IMG/VR virus record: IMGVR_UViG_3300044977_000034
Span: 1-64,000 of that record
DNA: 64,000 nt
Source of the DNA: a virus
Reading direction: 5' to 3' (one strand)
Part shown: positions 9,827 through 19,818 of the stretch, one piece after another
How positions within the stretch are numbered: position 1 is the stretch's first letter
How the letters are laid out: the number at the start of each line of letters is the position of its first letter
The notes under the pieces: model-generated
What the model was told of the DNA's origin: nothing
Seen by the model: only the letters and a program-made list of their open reading frames with translations
Databases searched by the model: none
Position numbers and translations under genes: made by a program

Positions 9827-10036
9827 ATGGCCCAGATTCAGCGACAGATCCCCCCGGAGATCCTCCAGGCGGCGAAGAACGACGGTATCCTGCGGCGCAT
9901 GATCAAGAGCGGCGCACCGCTGACGCGCGCCAAGTGGATCAACATGAATTGGCTCGGCAACCCGCCGAAGCCGTGGACGTCAGAGCACGAGGCCGAGGTG
10001 CCTCCGCCGTTCCAGCGGCCCCTGCACCCGGACTAA
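9827..10036 (+). CDS. Small antisense gene, convergent with 10033-12540
   Basis: Own promoter and AGGAGG SD. Confidence 0.7.
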   Translation: MAQIQRQIPPEILQAAKNDGILRRMIKSGAPLTRAKWINMNWLGNPPKPWTSEHEAEVPPPFQRPLHPD

Positions 10037-12540
10037 CCCTGCGGGCGCCAGCCCGCTGTATGCCAATCCGGCGGCCGGATGCGCGATGCGCCGGTCGTCG
10101 GATCGGTCATAATCATCCGCTGGGCCGTCGGCAGATCGATATGGCCCATCTGATACAAGTTCCAGACGTTCTGAACCGCCGCGTTGACATCGGGGCTGGC
10201 CTTCTCCGCCGGGGTCCAGAGGCCGCGCAGCGCTTCCCATGTGATTGACTGCATCTGGCGCGGCAGGATGTTCCGGTCGGCCGCAGCGCGCCGATAAGCC
10301 TCGGCATAAGCCCCGTAGAGCCCTTTCGCGCCGGTTGACCGATTGCTGCCGCCCGAGCCGCCGAGGCCGATGTCGACGTCTTTATCGTCGCCCGCCATTG
10401 GGCGCAGATTCGCCCCGGCAATCGCGTGCGTATCGACCGTGACGTCTCCTTGCTGGGAGTTCGGCGCGACGATGTTGTTGAAGAAGTTGCGCACCTTGTG
10501 CCGATCGCCCATCGCGCCAGAGATCGTTGGCATGTCCGGAGCATTGAACGCGGTGATCGCCTTCTCGATCATGTTCATGCTGCCCCACGCCACTCTGGAG
10601 TTGGAGCCGTCCGTGTTCGTCGCCGTGGGGCCGAACGTGCCATCGGGATTGACGATGTTGTAGTCGCGCGGATTGTGCGCCTCGTCGAAGGCGCGGAGCC
10701 AAAGCGCTTGGTTTTCCGGATCGTTGATCTGCCCGAGCGTTCTGCCCGTGTTCTTGAACATTCTGTACGTGGCCAGCGTGTCCGGATCGCCTTTCGCGTA
10801 CTTGCTCGCCCACTTCCACATCTGGGGCGTGAAGGGCGTGTCTTGCTGGTTGTGCATGATGTCCATCACGCGGTCGCCCAGCGAGACGTTCTCGAACCAG
10901 TCCTTCTGCGGCGAGAGCGCCGCGTAAACGCCAGCCGTGTTTTCGACCGGCTTGCCGTAGGTCAGCGCCTTCTGGCTCGCGCGGTTATTGGCGCCGTCGT
11001 ACCAGAGCTGCGAGCCCTGCTTGACGTCGGGAGAGACGGCGTCGTGGAGGGCGAGAATGTTGCTCTTGAAGTGGTTGACCAGCCCCTCGTGGACCTCGTC
11101 GTCGGTCGCGTCGGGCGCGAAGTTGAGTAGATGGGTGGGCGTCCACGTCGGCTTTCCATCGACTACCGGCCCAGGCACATACGGCATCTCTCGCGCGACG
11201 TTGGCCGTCTTCGCGTACATCGAGGGCGTGCTCTGGATCGTGTCGAGGCCGATGGTAGCGGCGTTCGATTGATGGGCCGCATCAGCGAGAGGGCCGACCG
11301 CCGACGGGACGCGGGTGGCAATGCGCCCCTCTGGGAACGAGGGATGATTGTGCGACGCGGGCGGACCGAGTTCGCCCGACTCCATCATCCCGCGAATGTC
11401 GCGGGCGAACCCGGTCGCTCCAGGCACGCCGATCGCCGCCAGCGTCGACCCGGTATATTGCTCGGCCTTGTCGCCCAACCAGCTCTGAGCAGCGCCAAGC
11501 TTGCCCACGACGTCCTCGTAACCAAGTTCGGCGGCCTTGCCCCATTGACCGCCGGAGACTTGCGTCTGCGGCTCTCGCGGCACGTTGGTCGCCGGGTCGA
11601 AGCTCGGCAGGCCGGTTTCTGGATCGACCAGCGAATCGGTGGACGCCTGGGTTGGAGCTGGAGGTGGAGCTGGTTCGGCCGCGCGATCGGCCCGCCCGGT
11701 CATCTGGTCGAGCGCGGAGAACCCAGCGGCGTTGGGATCGTCCGGCGCGCCGCCGGTTTGGAATCCGTGCCGGGGCTGGCGGATCAGCGCGAGACGGCGC
11801 CGCAGATCGGCGTTCAGCTGCACCGGGCCGCCGCCCGCGTAGCCCCCGGCCATTTGGCTCGGCGTTTCGCCAGGGCCGTGCTCGCGGCCGACGAACGTGG
11901 TGCCGCCGATCCTGACTTGGTTCTGCGCGGCGAGCGGCGGCGACCACCATGGATGGCCGCGCATCCGGCCGTAGTAGTGCGTCGCGCCGCCGGTCTGATC
12001 GGGCATGAGACCCGAATAGGCCTTGTCGACGACGTCGCCGATGTTCCGGTAGGCGGCGGCTTGATTCGGATCTCTGCTGTCCGGCGACAGATGCTGCGCG
12101 ACCGGATTGCCCTCTTTGGCGCGCCCCGTGTTCCAGGGCGAAAACTCATGGTAGCCGTACTTGGGGTTCTCGCCCGCAGCGGGCGCCATCACGACGCCAG
12201 GGATGCCCTGGCCATAGGTGCCCGCTCGAACCCGGTTCAGGATAGCGTGGACGATTCCGGCTTGGCCTTGCGGCGGCTCGCCGCTCGCCTCGCCGTAAAC
12301 CGTTTTGATGAGGAGATCTCGATCGCGAGGATCGAGCGGCGGACCGCCCGCGCTCGACGGCGTCGCCTCGGGCTGCCGCGAGGCTAGCTCAAATTGGTCT
12401 GGCGCCGGGTTTTCGCCAGCGCCAGCGAAAGGATCGTGATCGACCGGGCTGACATCGTAGTCGTTCGGTGACGACGCCATCGCGCCGAAGGGGTTTCCTT
12501 CGACTGGGGTGACGTCGTAGTCGCCGAGATCGTCGACCAT
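10033..12540 (-). CDS. Large internal/ejected protein: SleB-like cell-wall hydrolase plus C-terminal HhH-glycosylase-like domain
   Basis: KTVYGEASGE...ILNR...GATHYY; WYDGA, AALSPQKDW, KVRNF, VTVDTHA, QSITW. Confidence 0.65.
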   Translation of the reverse strand: MVDDLGDYDVTPVEGNPFGAMASSPNDYDVSPVDHDPFAGAGENPAPDQFELASRQPEATPSSAGGPPLDPRDRDLLIKTVYGEASGEPPQGQAGIVHAILNRVRAGTYGQGIPGVVMAPAAGENPKYGYHEFSPWNTGRAKEGNPVAQHLSPDSRDPNQAAAYRNIGDVVDKAYSGLMPDQTGGATHYYGRMRGHPWWSPPLAAQNQVRIGGTTFVGREHGPGETPSQMAGGYAGGGPVQLNADLRRRLALIRQPRHGFQTGGAPDDPNAAGFSALDQMTGRADRAAEPAPPPAPTQASTDSLVDPETGLPSFDPATNVPREPQTQVSGGQWGKAAELGYEDVVGKLGAAQSWLGDKAEQYTGSTLAAIGVPGATGFARDIRGMMESGELGPPASHNHPSFPEGRIATRVPSAVGPLADAAHQSNAATIGLDTIQSTPSMYAKTANVAREMPYVPGPVVDGKPTWTPTHLLNFAPDATDDEVHEGLVNHFKSNILALHDAVSPDVKQGSQLWYDGANNRASQKALTYGKPVENTAGVYAALSPQKDWFENVSLGDRVMDIMHNQQDTPFTPQMWKWASKYAKGDPDTLATYRMFKNTGRTLGQINDPENQALWLRAFDEAHNPRDYNIVNPDGTFGPTATNTDGSNSRVAWGSMNMIEKAITAFNAPDMPTISGAMGDRHKVRNFFNNIVAPNSQQGDVTVDTHAIAGANLRPMAGDDKDVDIGLGGSGGSNRSTGAKGLYGAYAEAYRRAAADRNILPRQMQSITWEALRGLWTPAEKASPDVNAAVQNVWNLYQMGHIDLPTAQRMIMTDPTTGASRIRPPDWHTAGWRPQG

Positions 12541-12999
12541 TTACCTTGGACGGGGGGCCGTCCGCACGACAGCCGCAGCCGTCGTCGCCCGAGGCGTCGG
12601 CACAGGCGCGCGCTGACCCGGCTGCTGCCCTGGCAGACGCGGCGGCAGGCCTTGACCCGGCTGACGCCCCGGCAAACCTTGACCCGGCAGCGGCCCTGTC
12701 TGCGGCCCGTCATAGGGCTCGCCTGCCGTGATTTGCCCCTCAGTCGCCGCGCCCTCGGCTGCGCCAACGATGATGTCGATAGCGCAAGTGATCCCGTTAG
12801 ACTCAGCGGTGATCGTCGCAGTTCCGTCTGCGGCCGAGGCCACAGTCGCATGAGTGTCATCGGTCCCGGCTCTGACGCTAGCGATCGAGTCGTCGGACGA
12901 CCACCAAGTCACTGCCCCCGGCGGGTGCGCGGGCGTTCCCGCCGAATCGGTATAGGCGACCGTTAGATCGACAGATTGTCCATTAGTAAGTTCGACCAT
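12541..12999 (-). CDS. Ig-like domain protein with Pro-rich tail
   Basis: VTWWSSDDSIASV...GTATITA. Confidence 0.65.
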   Translation of the reverse strand: MVELTNGQSVDLTVAYTDSAGTPAHPPGAVTWWSSDDSIASVRAGTDDTHATVASAADGTATITAESNGITCAIDIIVGAAEGAATEGQITAGEPYDGPQTGPLPGQGLPGRQPGQGLPPRLPGQQPGQRAPVPTPRATTAAAVVRTAPRPR

Positions 13000-13261
13000 G
13001 TTTCCTCTCCTTCAAAGCTGGGGTGTAGGGGGTTCCAGCAGTGATCGTCGCCGTCATCGTCGGCGCGTTCGGGTCGTAGAGCATCACCGGGTGCTCGGTG
13101 AAGTAGGCGACCGCGTCATCGAACGGAATCGGGAAGACCATGGCGCGCTGGCCCTGCCATTGGCCGCAGACAAAGCTATCTGTGGGGACGGCGACGAACG
13201 CCATGGGCGAGCCCGAGTAGAAAAGGGTCGCCGCTTCTTGGGGATCGAGTGCTTTGCTCAT
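12983..13261 (-). CDS. Hypothetical protein
   Basis: Coupled ORF in the operon. Confidence 0.55.
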   Translation of the reverse strand: MSKALDPQEAATLFYSGSPMAFVAVPTDSFVCGQWQGQRAMVFPIPFDDAVAYFTEHPVMLYDPNAPTMTATITAGTPYTPALKERKHGRTY

Positions 13262-16014
13262 GATCGCCGCCTAATCCTGAAATATTGGCCTGTGTGGGGG
13301 TGCTGAACGTAGAACTCGCCGTCCGGCGCGCGGCGCGCGTGCCCGTAGGGCGTGTCGATTCCATCGTGGACTGAGCCGCCGGTCGCCCGCTTCTGCCGCG
13401 TCGAGCCCGAGCTGCTCGAACGCTGCGGCGCGGGCCGCGCTTTCACCTCTTGGATCTTCGCGCGAGCCTGTTGCTGGCCCATGACGCGCTCATGCTGCTG
13501 CGAGCGCTCTGTCATCTGGTCTTCATGCTGTCGGCCGCGCTCTTCGCGCTGCGCCTCGACCGTTTGCTCGCGCTCTCCCATCTGGGATTCATGCATGCGG
13601 TCCTGCTGGGCGTTCGCGGCGTCCATTTGCCGGTCCTGCTGGCCCTGCACAGCCTCGAATTGCTGTTGCTGCGCGCCCATGACGCGCTCGTGCATCTGGC
13701 CGCGCATCTCGCGCTGGGTCTCATGCTGCTGATCGGCCTGATGCAGCTGGTCTTCGTGCGCCCAACCTCCTCTCTCCAGATTCAATTCGTGTGCTTGCTC
13801 GCGCAATTGCGTCGCTGTGTCGTGCGCGCGGTCGAGCTGCTTCTGCTGGCCCTCATGCTGCTGCTTCGCCGCCTCCATCTGAGGCTTTCTGGCCTCGTTT
13901 TGGGCCTGGAAGCCCGCCGTGTGGGTGGCCAATTGCTGCTTTTGCAGCGCCATCTTCGACGTCGCCATCTTCACCTGGGCGTCGACCTGATGTTGCTGGT
14001 CGTCGAGCGGCTTGTCGCGCATGTCGAGCTGGAGCTGACCCGCCCGTGTCGTCGCATCCATCATCGCCGCCTGCCCGGTGAGCATTGCGGCCTGCGCTTT
14101 CGGGTCCGGCGGCGGGCCTTGCGGCATCGGGTTGAGGAACTGGTCCGGATTCGAGAACCCGATTCCGCGAATGCACATGCGGCGGATCGTCAGGACGTTG
14201 AAGGCGCCCGGTTCGTCCTTAGCCATCTGATACAGGGCCGCATTGCGCAGCATGCGCTGGAGATGCGAGGCCGTATTCGGGTCTGCGCGGGTGACAATCT
14301 CGCTGCGATCGAGCGCCTCAAGAAAGACCTCCGAGTCCCAGTTCCAGGCTTGCCGCTTGTTGGCGCGGAAAAACGACTCGGGATCTTCGCGGAAGCGCTC
14401 GCACAGGAGTTGAAGCTCGTCGGACTGGGCCGCGCACAACCTCTTGTGCGTCGCCATAAGCGGTTTGATCGCCTGCTCGATGAGCGCGAGCGTCGTGCCG
14501 ACAGGGGCGTCCTGGCGGCCCTCGCCGACCATGATCTCGGCCGTGCCGCCGAGGCTCTTGCCCTCCTGATTCAGCTGCTGAACGAAGCCCACCCAGACCG
14601 CGTCCGGGCTCTTGTAGGGCATGCCCATCGCGACTTGCTGAATCGGTAACCCGCCCGTCTCGACTTCAGCTGAGCCCCCTGGCGGAATACGGAAGATGTT
14701 GTTATTCTGTCTAGCGGCTCCCTTGGCAACTAATAAGCCTGGGAAGTTGGCGAACATGCCTGCGTCTACTATCTCTCGCCAAGCCGCCGTGATGCCGTTT
14801 GTAATATTGCCAAGTAGATGACTGAGGCCAATAGCATAAAATCCGAACCCACGGATGAACGGATATTGAACGAAATACGTCTTCGGCAGACACATCTCGT
14901 CGTCTTCGTTCCAATTCCTTCGCAAATCGAGGACGGTTCGCGTCTCCTTGTGAATCGCCACCTTATAGGGAACCGCCAAGCCGTCCGGCTCGCCGTCTGT
15001 CTCGTGCTCGAACCCCTCAAGGTCCAGCTCGCAGTAGGTTTCGAGGATCTCGTGGTCCCGGTCGTCCTGCTCCCAGCTATCGAATCGCCGCACGCCTGAG
15101 ATCTGTTCGCTCTGAAGCTCGGTGGGCGTCTTCTCGATGTACCCAGGCTCGCTGAGTTCGACGTCGCGATAGGCTCCGCAGAGCTGCATGCGGCGAATCA
15201 TCGACGGGCGCATGAAAACGCGGTGCGTGATTCGGCCCGCGTCGTAGATCGAGGTCGAGCTATTGTTTACGATCAGATCGTCGCCGAACACCGCGCGCGA
15301 GATAGGCCGCCGGAGGATCGGATCGTGATAAATTTTCTTGAAGACACAACCATCCAGGCCGACACGCAACAACATCTGATCCGTATCGGGAACCCAAGGT
15401 TTATCGGTGACGGTCAGGTAGTGATTGAGGTCATGCTCCAGCGCGTCGGAGAGCGAGTCGAGGTCTTCAGTCGTCCCCGATGTATCTTCGGCGACTTTTG
15501 CAGGGCCGTCGGTGGGACACAATTCAGCGAAGGCATTGGCTCCGAAACGAATCACCGCTTCCGCCAATAAGGTCGCCCGGATCTGCGACTGACCTTCCAG
15601 CGGCGCCGAGCCGTCTGAGCCGTTCGAGCGCATTGCCTCGATACGTAGGCCCATCAGCTCCATACCGCGAGCGCGCGTGTCGAGCCATTCGCGGCGCGAT
15701 TCGTTGTCCTGCTCGATGAGCCGGATCAGCTCGTCAGCGATATGGTTGAGCTGGGTTTCGGGGAGCGCCTCGGCGAGGTTGTCGCCGAACTCCGTGTCTT
15801 CTTTCGGGATGCGCCTGGGGCCGACCCAGACCACGACGCCGCCGTCGTCGGTTTCTATCTTTGTCGCTTTGTCGTAATCGATGTCGCCGTCGTCGGCGTC
15901 GAGGTCGATATCCCGTGGCGCGAATCGGCTCGCTAAGTCGTCCGGGTCATCCAGGCTCCCGTCAATGGGGCTCGGCGGCAACCTGATGGCGCCGAGTCCC
16001 CCCAGTCCAGCCAT
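13258..16014 (-). CDS. Portal protein with long Q/E/H-rich C-terminal extension
   Basis: SRREW, G..FKKIYHDP, GFGFYAIGLSHLLG, APVGTTLALIEQ. Confidence 0.85.
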   Translation of the reverse strand: MAGLGGLGAIRLPPSPIDGSLDDPDDLASRFAPRDIDLDADDGDIDYDKATKIETDDGGVVVWVGPRRIPKEDTEFGDNLAEALPETQLNHIADELIRLIEQDNESRREWLDTRARGMELMGLRIEAMRSNGSDGSAPLEGQSQIRATLLAEAVIRFGANAFAELCPTDGPAKVAEDTSGTTEDLDSLSDALEHDLNHYLTVTDKPWVPDTDQMLLRVGLDGCVFKKIYHDPILRRPISRAVFGDDLIVNNSSTSIYDAGRITHRVFMRPSMIRRMQLCGAYRDVELSEPGYIEKTPTELQSEQISGVRRFDSWEQDDRDHEILETYCELDLEGFEHETDGEPDGLAVPYKVAIHKETRTVLDLRRNWNEDDEMCLPKTYFVQYPFIRGFGFYAIGLSHLLGNITNGITAAWREIVDAGMFANFPGLLVAKGAARQNNNIFRIPPGGSAEVETGGLPIQQVAMGMPYKSPDAVWVGFVQQLNQEGKSLGGTAEIMVGEGRQDAPVGTTLALIEQAIKPLMATHKRLCAAQSDELQLLCERFREDPESFFRANKRQAWNWDSEVFLEALDRSEIVTRADPNTASHLQRMLRNAALYQMAKDEPGAFNVLTIRRMCIRGIGFSNPDQFLNPMPQGPPPDPKAQAAMLTGQAAMMDATTRAGQLQLDMRDKPLDDQQHQVDAQVKMATSKMALQKQQLATHTAGFQAQNEARKPQMEAAKQQHEGQQKQLDRAHDTATQLREQAHELNLERGGWAHEDQLHQADQQHETQREMRGQMHERVMGAQQQQFEAVQGQQDRQMDAANAQQDRMHESQMGEREQTVEAQREERGRQHEDQMTERSQQHERVMGQQQARAKIQEVKARPAPQRSSSSGSTRQKRATGGSVHDGIDTPYGHARRAPDGEFYVQHPHTGQYFRIRRRS

Positions 16015-16031
16015 GGCGAACCCCAGTCAGA

Positions 16032-16385
16032 TCAGGGTTGCGGATCATCCGCGAGCACGAGGTCTTGCTCCAAGACCTGTTTCTCGATGTCCTCGGTGAC
16101 TGGGTAGCAGATGACCAGGGTATTGTGCAGTCTGAACGCCGCGAACCAGTTTTCCGGTGGATCGCCCCGTTTCTTGAGCCGGTGACCGGCGCGGAAGAGC
16201 TGCGCGGCCTCTTCTGGAGCGACCGTTCTCTCAGGCGGCGCTTCCTCTTCCGGCTGGGGCTGCTGATCGCGCTGGGCGACGCCGGGTCTGGCGGCTGGGG
16301 GCTGCGCCGGGTGGCGCGGGGGCTCATGTCGAGGGGGCGGCGCGGGCCTAGTGGACGCCGCCGGACGTTGTGGAGACTGTGCCAT
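16032..16385 (-). CDS. Hypothetical protein
   Basis: GAGGA SD; Pro-rich N-terminus. Confidence 0.55.
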   Translation of the reverse strand: MAQSPQRPAASTRPAPPPRHEPPRHPAQPPAARPGVAQRDQQPQPEEEAPPERTVAPEEAAQLFRAGHRLKKRGDPPENWFAAFRLHNTLVICYPVTEDIEKQVLEQDLVLADDPQP

Positions 16386-16439
16386 GGGGTTCCTCGCCTA
16401 TTGCGGGGCGGGGATTTCGCGCATCGACGGGGAGGTTAG

Positions 16440-16628
16440 TCAAGACGTCCGCTGGACGTGCAACGCGAACTCCTGGCCACGAAACTTGAAAACGACCACT
16501 CCGCCAGCCCTTCCGATGATCTCGACGCCGCTCTGCGCCCGAAGAAGGTCTTCGAGTAATGTCCCCCAGTGGGCGAGCCCTTCGTCCGCCGGGGCGGGCG
16601 GAGGCGGTTGAGTCGGTTCGTCAGCCAC
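16440..16628 (-). CDS. Hypothetical protein
   Basis: Coupled ORF. Confidence 0.5.
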   Translation of the reverse strand: MADEPTQPPPPAPADEGLAHWGTLLEDLLRAQSGVEIIGRAGGVVVFKFRGQEFALHVQRTS

Positions 16629-16848
16629 GGTGCACCTTCGTGTCGGGTCCGATCGGCATCAGCTTCGCCATATCCTCTTCAGTCTCGCCAGAGAAGATCA
16701 TCACGTCGATCGGCAGATCCATCACCTTGCCGTCGATCTTGATGTACGTGTCTCCGGGCTCGTCAATGAACTTGCCGAGGTTGCCAAAGCTAAGGCCGAT
16801 CACCAGAAGCTGGCGACCGTCTTCCCCCATTACCGTCGCTTTGATCAT
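16621..16848 (-). CDS. Hypothetical protein
   Basis: ATGA overlap; MIKATVMG start. Confidence 0.6.
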   Translation of the reverse strand: MIKATVMGEDGRQLLVIGLSFGNLGKFIDEPGDTYIKIDGKVMDLPIDVMIFSGETEEDMAKLMPIGPDTKVHRG

Positions 16849-17078
16849 CGCTTCCGCCCGAGTGAGGGCGCCTTCGCCGCGCCGCCGATCGCCAGCGGCT
16901 TCGCGTGCCTCTGTTTGCGACTCATTTTGCCGCGCTTCACGCCGAGCTTGGTCGGCTGATTCGTCCCCTCCTTCAGCTCGCCAGCCTTTTGGAGAGTAGA
17001 CGTCGCGACGGCCCACGGGTTCACACCGGGGCTCGATTTCTTAATGGCTTTGACCGCCTTTTCGAGGATGGCTGGCAT
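16845..17078 (-). CDS. Small basic protein
   Basis: AAGGAGG SD; shares KAPSLGR with 8873-9718. Confidence 0.65.
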   Translation of the reverse strand: MPAILEKAVKAIKKSSPGVNPWAVATSTLQKAGELKEGTNQPTKLGVKRGKMSRKQRHAKPLAIGGAAKAPSLGRKR

Positions 17079-17091
17079 CCTTCGGCCTCCT

Positions 17092-17388
17092 TCACTGCGC
17101 CTTCCACTTCTTGTCGAGCAACGGCTTGGTGATGAACTCGTTGACCGGGGTCAGCTCCCGCACCGTCTTGATGAACACCTTCAGCGCATGCTCGCGCATC
17201 GCGTCCGTCTCACGCCGTTTCAGCTCTCCGGTCTGCTTGTCCGTGAGGAACATTCCGGCCAGCCACATGGAAACCAGATCGGCGAGCGCCGCGCTTTGCA
17301 CGATCTCACTTTTCCCGGCGAGAAGCGGCCGGATCGATTCCATGAGGTCGAGCGCTGCGGTGGCTTGATCGCTGGTATCGTCGCTCAA
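17092..17388 (-). CDS. Hypothetical protein
   Basis: Coupled ORF with TTG start. Confidence 0.55.
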   Translation of the reverse strand: MSDDTSDQATAALDLMESIRPLLAGKSEIVQSAALADLVSMWLAGMFLTDKQTGELKRRETDAMREHALKVFIKTVRELTPVNEFITKPLLDKKWKAQ

Positions 17389-17708
17389 TTGACGCCGCCC
17401 ATCACGCGCCGGACGTGCTCCTGCGCGAAGCGCTCGCACAACGCGGCGAAGAAACAGCGCGGCGTGAAATACTTGAGGAAGTCGCCGCTCGCGATCTCCT
17501 CGTCGCTACAGCAGAGGATGTGCACCGGGCCGTCCTGCACGATCTCGCCGACGCCATTGATGAAGAACAACCCCTCGCTCGTGACATGGCTGACGCCGAG
17601 CGTGACGCCGTGCAACTTGCCGATCTCGGCGGCGATCTTGTCGAGGATCGGCCGCACCTCAAACGAGCTGCGGACCTTGGCCTGCTGCCGAATCTGATGC
17701 TCGCTCAT
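17385..17708 (-). CDS. Hypothetical protein
   Basis: ATGA overlap. Confidence 0.55.
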   Translation of the reverse strand: MSEHQIRQQAKVRSSFEVRPILDKIAAEIGKLHGVTLGVSHVTSEGLFFINGVGEIVQDGPVHILCCSDEEIASGDFLKYFTPRCFFAALCERFAQEHVRRVMGGVN

Positions 17709-17998
17709 GACAACCAATACTCCGCTTTTTGCTCGACGAGATCGGTCGCGGCCCACTTAGCGGCGAAGGCTGGATCGTAATCGTGGAGGTTGATCCAGTT
17801 GTCCGCCATCGGGCGCGACCAGCCGTGCGCCTCAAGGTCGACGCCGTTGCGGATCGCTTGATGGAGCCAGCTGGCCGGAACGTAGAGCGGCATGTGCCGC
17901 ACCAGCGGAATCCGCATGAGCGACTCGACGCGGACGATCGCTGGCGCGGCGACCAGGGCTGCGAGCCCAGTGATGAATCCGCGTCGGCCGATGATCAT
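17705..17998 (-). CDS. Protein with twin-arginine-like leader
   Basis: MIIGRRGFITGLAALVAAPAIVR. Confidence 0.6.
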   Translation of the reverse strand: MIIGRRGFITGLAALVAAPAIVRVESLMRIPLVRHMPLYVPASWLHQAIRNGVDLEAHGWSRPMADNWINLHDYDPAFAAKWAATDLVEQKAEYWLS

Positions 17999-18270
17999 GG
18001 GGTTCGAGCCTTCTCGATCTGCTGGTAGCGGAGAAGCATACCCGCGCGGAACGCCCGGACGGCAAAGTCATCAAGAAATTTGCCCGCCGTGATCTCCTCC
18101 AAGGTCGTCGCGATAACTTCTTCCCCGTCATTCGTGACCGGCTCGCCGTCGATGTCGACGAAGATCAGCCGATCGCCGTTTTTAACAACCTCGACATCGA
18201 TCCCGACAACCCGGCCGATCGCCCGCGCCATGCGGGTCAGCCGTTCCGCAACTTCATCAAGTTCTGCCAT
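17995..18270 (-). CDS. Hypothetical protein
   Basis: GGAGG SD. Confidence 0.6.
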   Translation of the reverse strand: MAELDEVAERLTRMARAIGRVVGIDVEVVKNGDRLIFVDIDGEPVTNDGEEVIATTLEEITAGKFLDDFAVRAFRAGMLLRYQQIEKARTP

Positions 18271-18380
18271 GTTTCCTCCAAAAAAGGCGGGCGGGCCCCA
18301 TCCGCGAGCGTTGGGGGGCTTAACCGCTTAGGGAGCCGCCCGGTGAGACGGGAGTCTCACAATTTGCACGATACGCGAGT

Positions 18381-18418
18381 TCGCAGAACTTGCAAACCGT
18401 GTCTCGCTATGTTATAAT
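18381..18418 (+). promoter_or_regulatory. Sigma70 promoter with near-consensus operator over the -35
   Basis: TTGCAA-17-TATAAT; TCGCAGAACTTGCAA. Confidence 0.75.
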
Positions 18419-18460
18419 TACCGGGACGGGCGGCCTATCGCCCGAATCAAGGAGTCGAAT

Positions 18461-18979
18461 ATGAAAACGAAAACCTTCGATCGCCCGATCGTTGACTTGC
18501 AAGCGGCCCGCAAGGCCGCCGCCGAGCGCTTCTACGCCATCGGCATGGCGTGTCTGCCGGAAGGCTGGACCTACACCTTCCGCAAGGCGCTGAGCGGCCG
18601 AGCCTTCCTCGAATTGAAGCGCATCGAGGCGCCGAAGCCGGTGACCCGCAAGGCGCTCTACATCTGGCTGCATGAGTGCGCGCACGCTCACCTCCACGTC
18701 GGATCGCGCAAGACGCGGCACGTCGAGGAGATGGAGGCCGAGAAATGGGCGCATGAGAAGATGCGCGAACACGGCGTCCCGGTGCCGAAGGCGATGACCA
18801 AGCGCGCCAAGCGCTACGTCGCCCACAAGATCAAGCAGGCCCAGGTGCGCGGCGCGAAGAAGATCGACGCGGAGGCCAAGGCCTTCGCCGAGGGGTCATA
18901 CGCCAAGGCCAAGGCCGGATCGCGAGGTCCCATCCTGCTGGAACGGCTGCTGAACGGGATGTTCAACCGCCGCCGCTAA
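18461..18979 (+). CDS. SprT-like HExxH zinc metallopeptidase
   Basis: WLHECAHAHLH...EEMEAE. Confidence 0.6.
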   Translation: MKTKTFDRPIVDLQAARKAAAERFYAIGMACLPEGWTYTFRKALSGRAFLELKRIEAPKPVTRKALYIWLHECAHAHLHVGSRKTRHVEEMEAEKWAHEKMREHGVPVPKAMTKRAKRYVAHKIKQAQVRGAKKIDAEAKAFAEGSYAKAKAGSRGPILLERLLNGMFNRRR

Positions 18980-19063
18980 ACGAAAAGGCCGCCGCGCTGC
19001 GGATGCGCGGCGGCCCCCGTCTCGCCCACAGAAAGGGACTGGAGGTCCCAACAGGAGTCTACC

Positions 19064-19711
19064 ATGAAACACGCCGTCGCCTACTTCAGAACCAGCTCAG
19101 CCACCAACGTCGGCCAGGACAAGGATTCGCTCGCCCGCCAGGAGAGCGCCGTCCGCAGCTACGCCGCGCGCAACGACATCGAGATCGTCGGCGAATATTA
19201 CGACGCGGCGGTCAGCGGCGCCGATCCGGTCACGCAGCGCGAGGGATTCAGCCTCATGCTCCAGCGCATCGCCAGCAACGGCGTGCGGACAATCCTCGTC
19301 GAGACAGCGAATCGCTTCGCCCGCGACCTGATGGTGCAGGAGACTGGCTGGAAGATGCTTCAGGATCTCGGCGTCGAGCTGGTCGCCGTCGATTCGCCCA
19401 TGAGTTTCGTCGAGGACACGCCGACGGCGAATATGGTCCGGCAGATCCTGGGCGCGGTGGCCGAGTTCGATAAGGCGCTGACGGTCGCCAAGCTCCGGGG
19501 CGCGCGCGAGCGCATGAAGGCCAAGACCGGCAAGTGCGAGGGGCGGAAGAGCTGGGCCGAGATGGACCCGGCGATGGTCGCGATGGCGCGCGAGCTGCGC
19601 CGGTCCGGCAAATCGCTAAACGCGGTGCGCGTAGCCCTGGCGAACCTGGGCTATGTCTCCGCGAGCGGGACGCCGTTCACGCGATCGGTCGTTTCTCGGA
19701 TGACCGACTGA
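19064..19711 (+). CDS. Small serine recombinase (resolvase family)
   Basis: AYFRTSS, SLARQ, DAAVSG, NRFARD. Confidence 0.9.
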   Translation: MKHAVAYFRTSSATNVGQDKDSLARQESAVRSYAARNDIEIVGEYYDAAVSGADPVTQREGFSLMLQRIASNGVRTILVETANRFARDLMVQETGWKMLQDLGVELVAVDSPMSFVEDTPTANMVRQILGAVAEFDKALTVAKLRGARERMKAKTGKCEGRKSWAEMDPAMVAMARELRRSGKSLNAVRVALANLGYVSASGTPFTRSVVSRMTD

Positions 19712-19818
19712 AACAAAACTTGCAAAAAAATGGTTGACAGCAACGCCAACCCATCGAAATATGCGCCTGCGGCGTTCGTGGTGGAACGCCGCAGGCCTAA
19801 AAGTGATGGAGAAGCGTT

